DNA from: Chara braunii
Lineage: Eukaryota; Plantae; Charophyceae
DNA: 63,535 bases
Assembly: GCA_003427395.1 (NCBI GenBank)
Contig: BFEA01000030.1
Location: 1,533,917 to 1,597,451, forward strand
Reading direction: 5' to 3'
Positions 63,489 through 63,535 of this stretch are shown piece by piece (position 1 is the stretch's first letter; each line of letters begins with the position of its first letter). Both the position numbers and the translations under genes were made by a program. The notes beneath the pieces were generated by a model. The model saw only the letters and a list, made by a program, of their open reading frames with translations, did no database searches and had not been told where the DNA came from.

Positions 63489-63535
<47 letters not shown>
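63489..63535. repeat. (CT)n microsatellite
   Basis: Direct observation. Confidence 0.95.

Larger units (their letters stand above)
59530..63490 (+). mobile_element. Penelope-like retroelement 2 (GIY-YIG N-terminal to RT); 5' part lost at the gap/(GA)n
   Basis: SAP-like ORF end, GIY-YIG, RT, 3' region with hammerhead, terminating in (CT)n. Confidence 0.9.

Overview
Eukaryotic, repeat-saturated draft-assembly window (nine N gaps, many GA/CA/CT microsatellites, two Nextera mate-pair adapters). No host gene is supportable. The sequence style resembles a streptophyte alga such as Chara, which is an inference only. The window is a nest of decayed transposons. (1) A ~12.9 kb Ty3/gypsy-type element (16472-29350; gag-PR-RT-RH-PHD-IN plus extra 3' ORFs, ~2.3 kb LTRs, CCCC target duplication) sits inside an older chromoviral element. 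A related LTR lies at 51690-54340. (2) Two Penelope-like retroelements have GIY-YIG N-terminal to RT and an upstream SAP-like ORF; one carries a minimal hammerhead ribozyme. (3) Further chromovirus, LINE-endonuclease, PIF/Harbinger, TIR and tRNA-derived fragments are present. The most notable result is the terminal architecture of the gypsy family. The right-end att sequence TGGGYGTCACA is not found before the PBS. Instead it lies just upstream of the 3' LTR as a palindromic CA-TA-TG junction, where a PPT is expected, and again at the element's right end. This A-PBS-internal-B-A-B split-repeat layout suggests integration from a circular intermediate. The same LTRs encode a conserved CxxC protein upstream of the PBS, and pol carries a PHD finger. 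The 44833-47690 duplication is most likely an assembly artefact.
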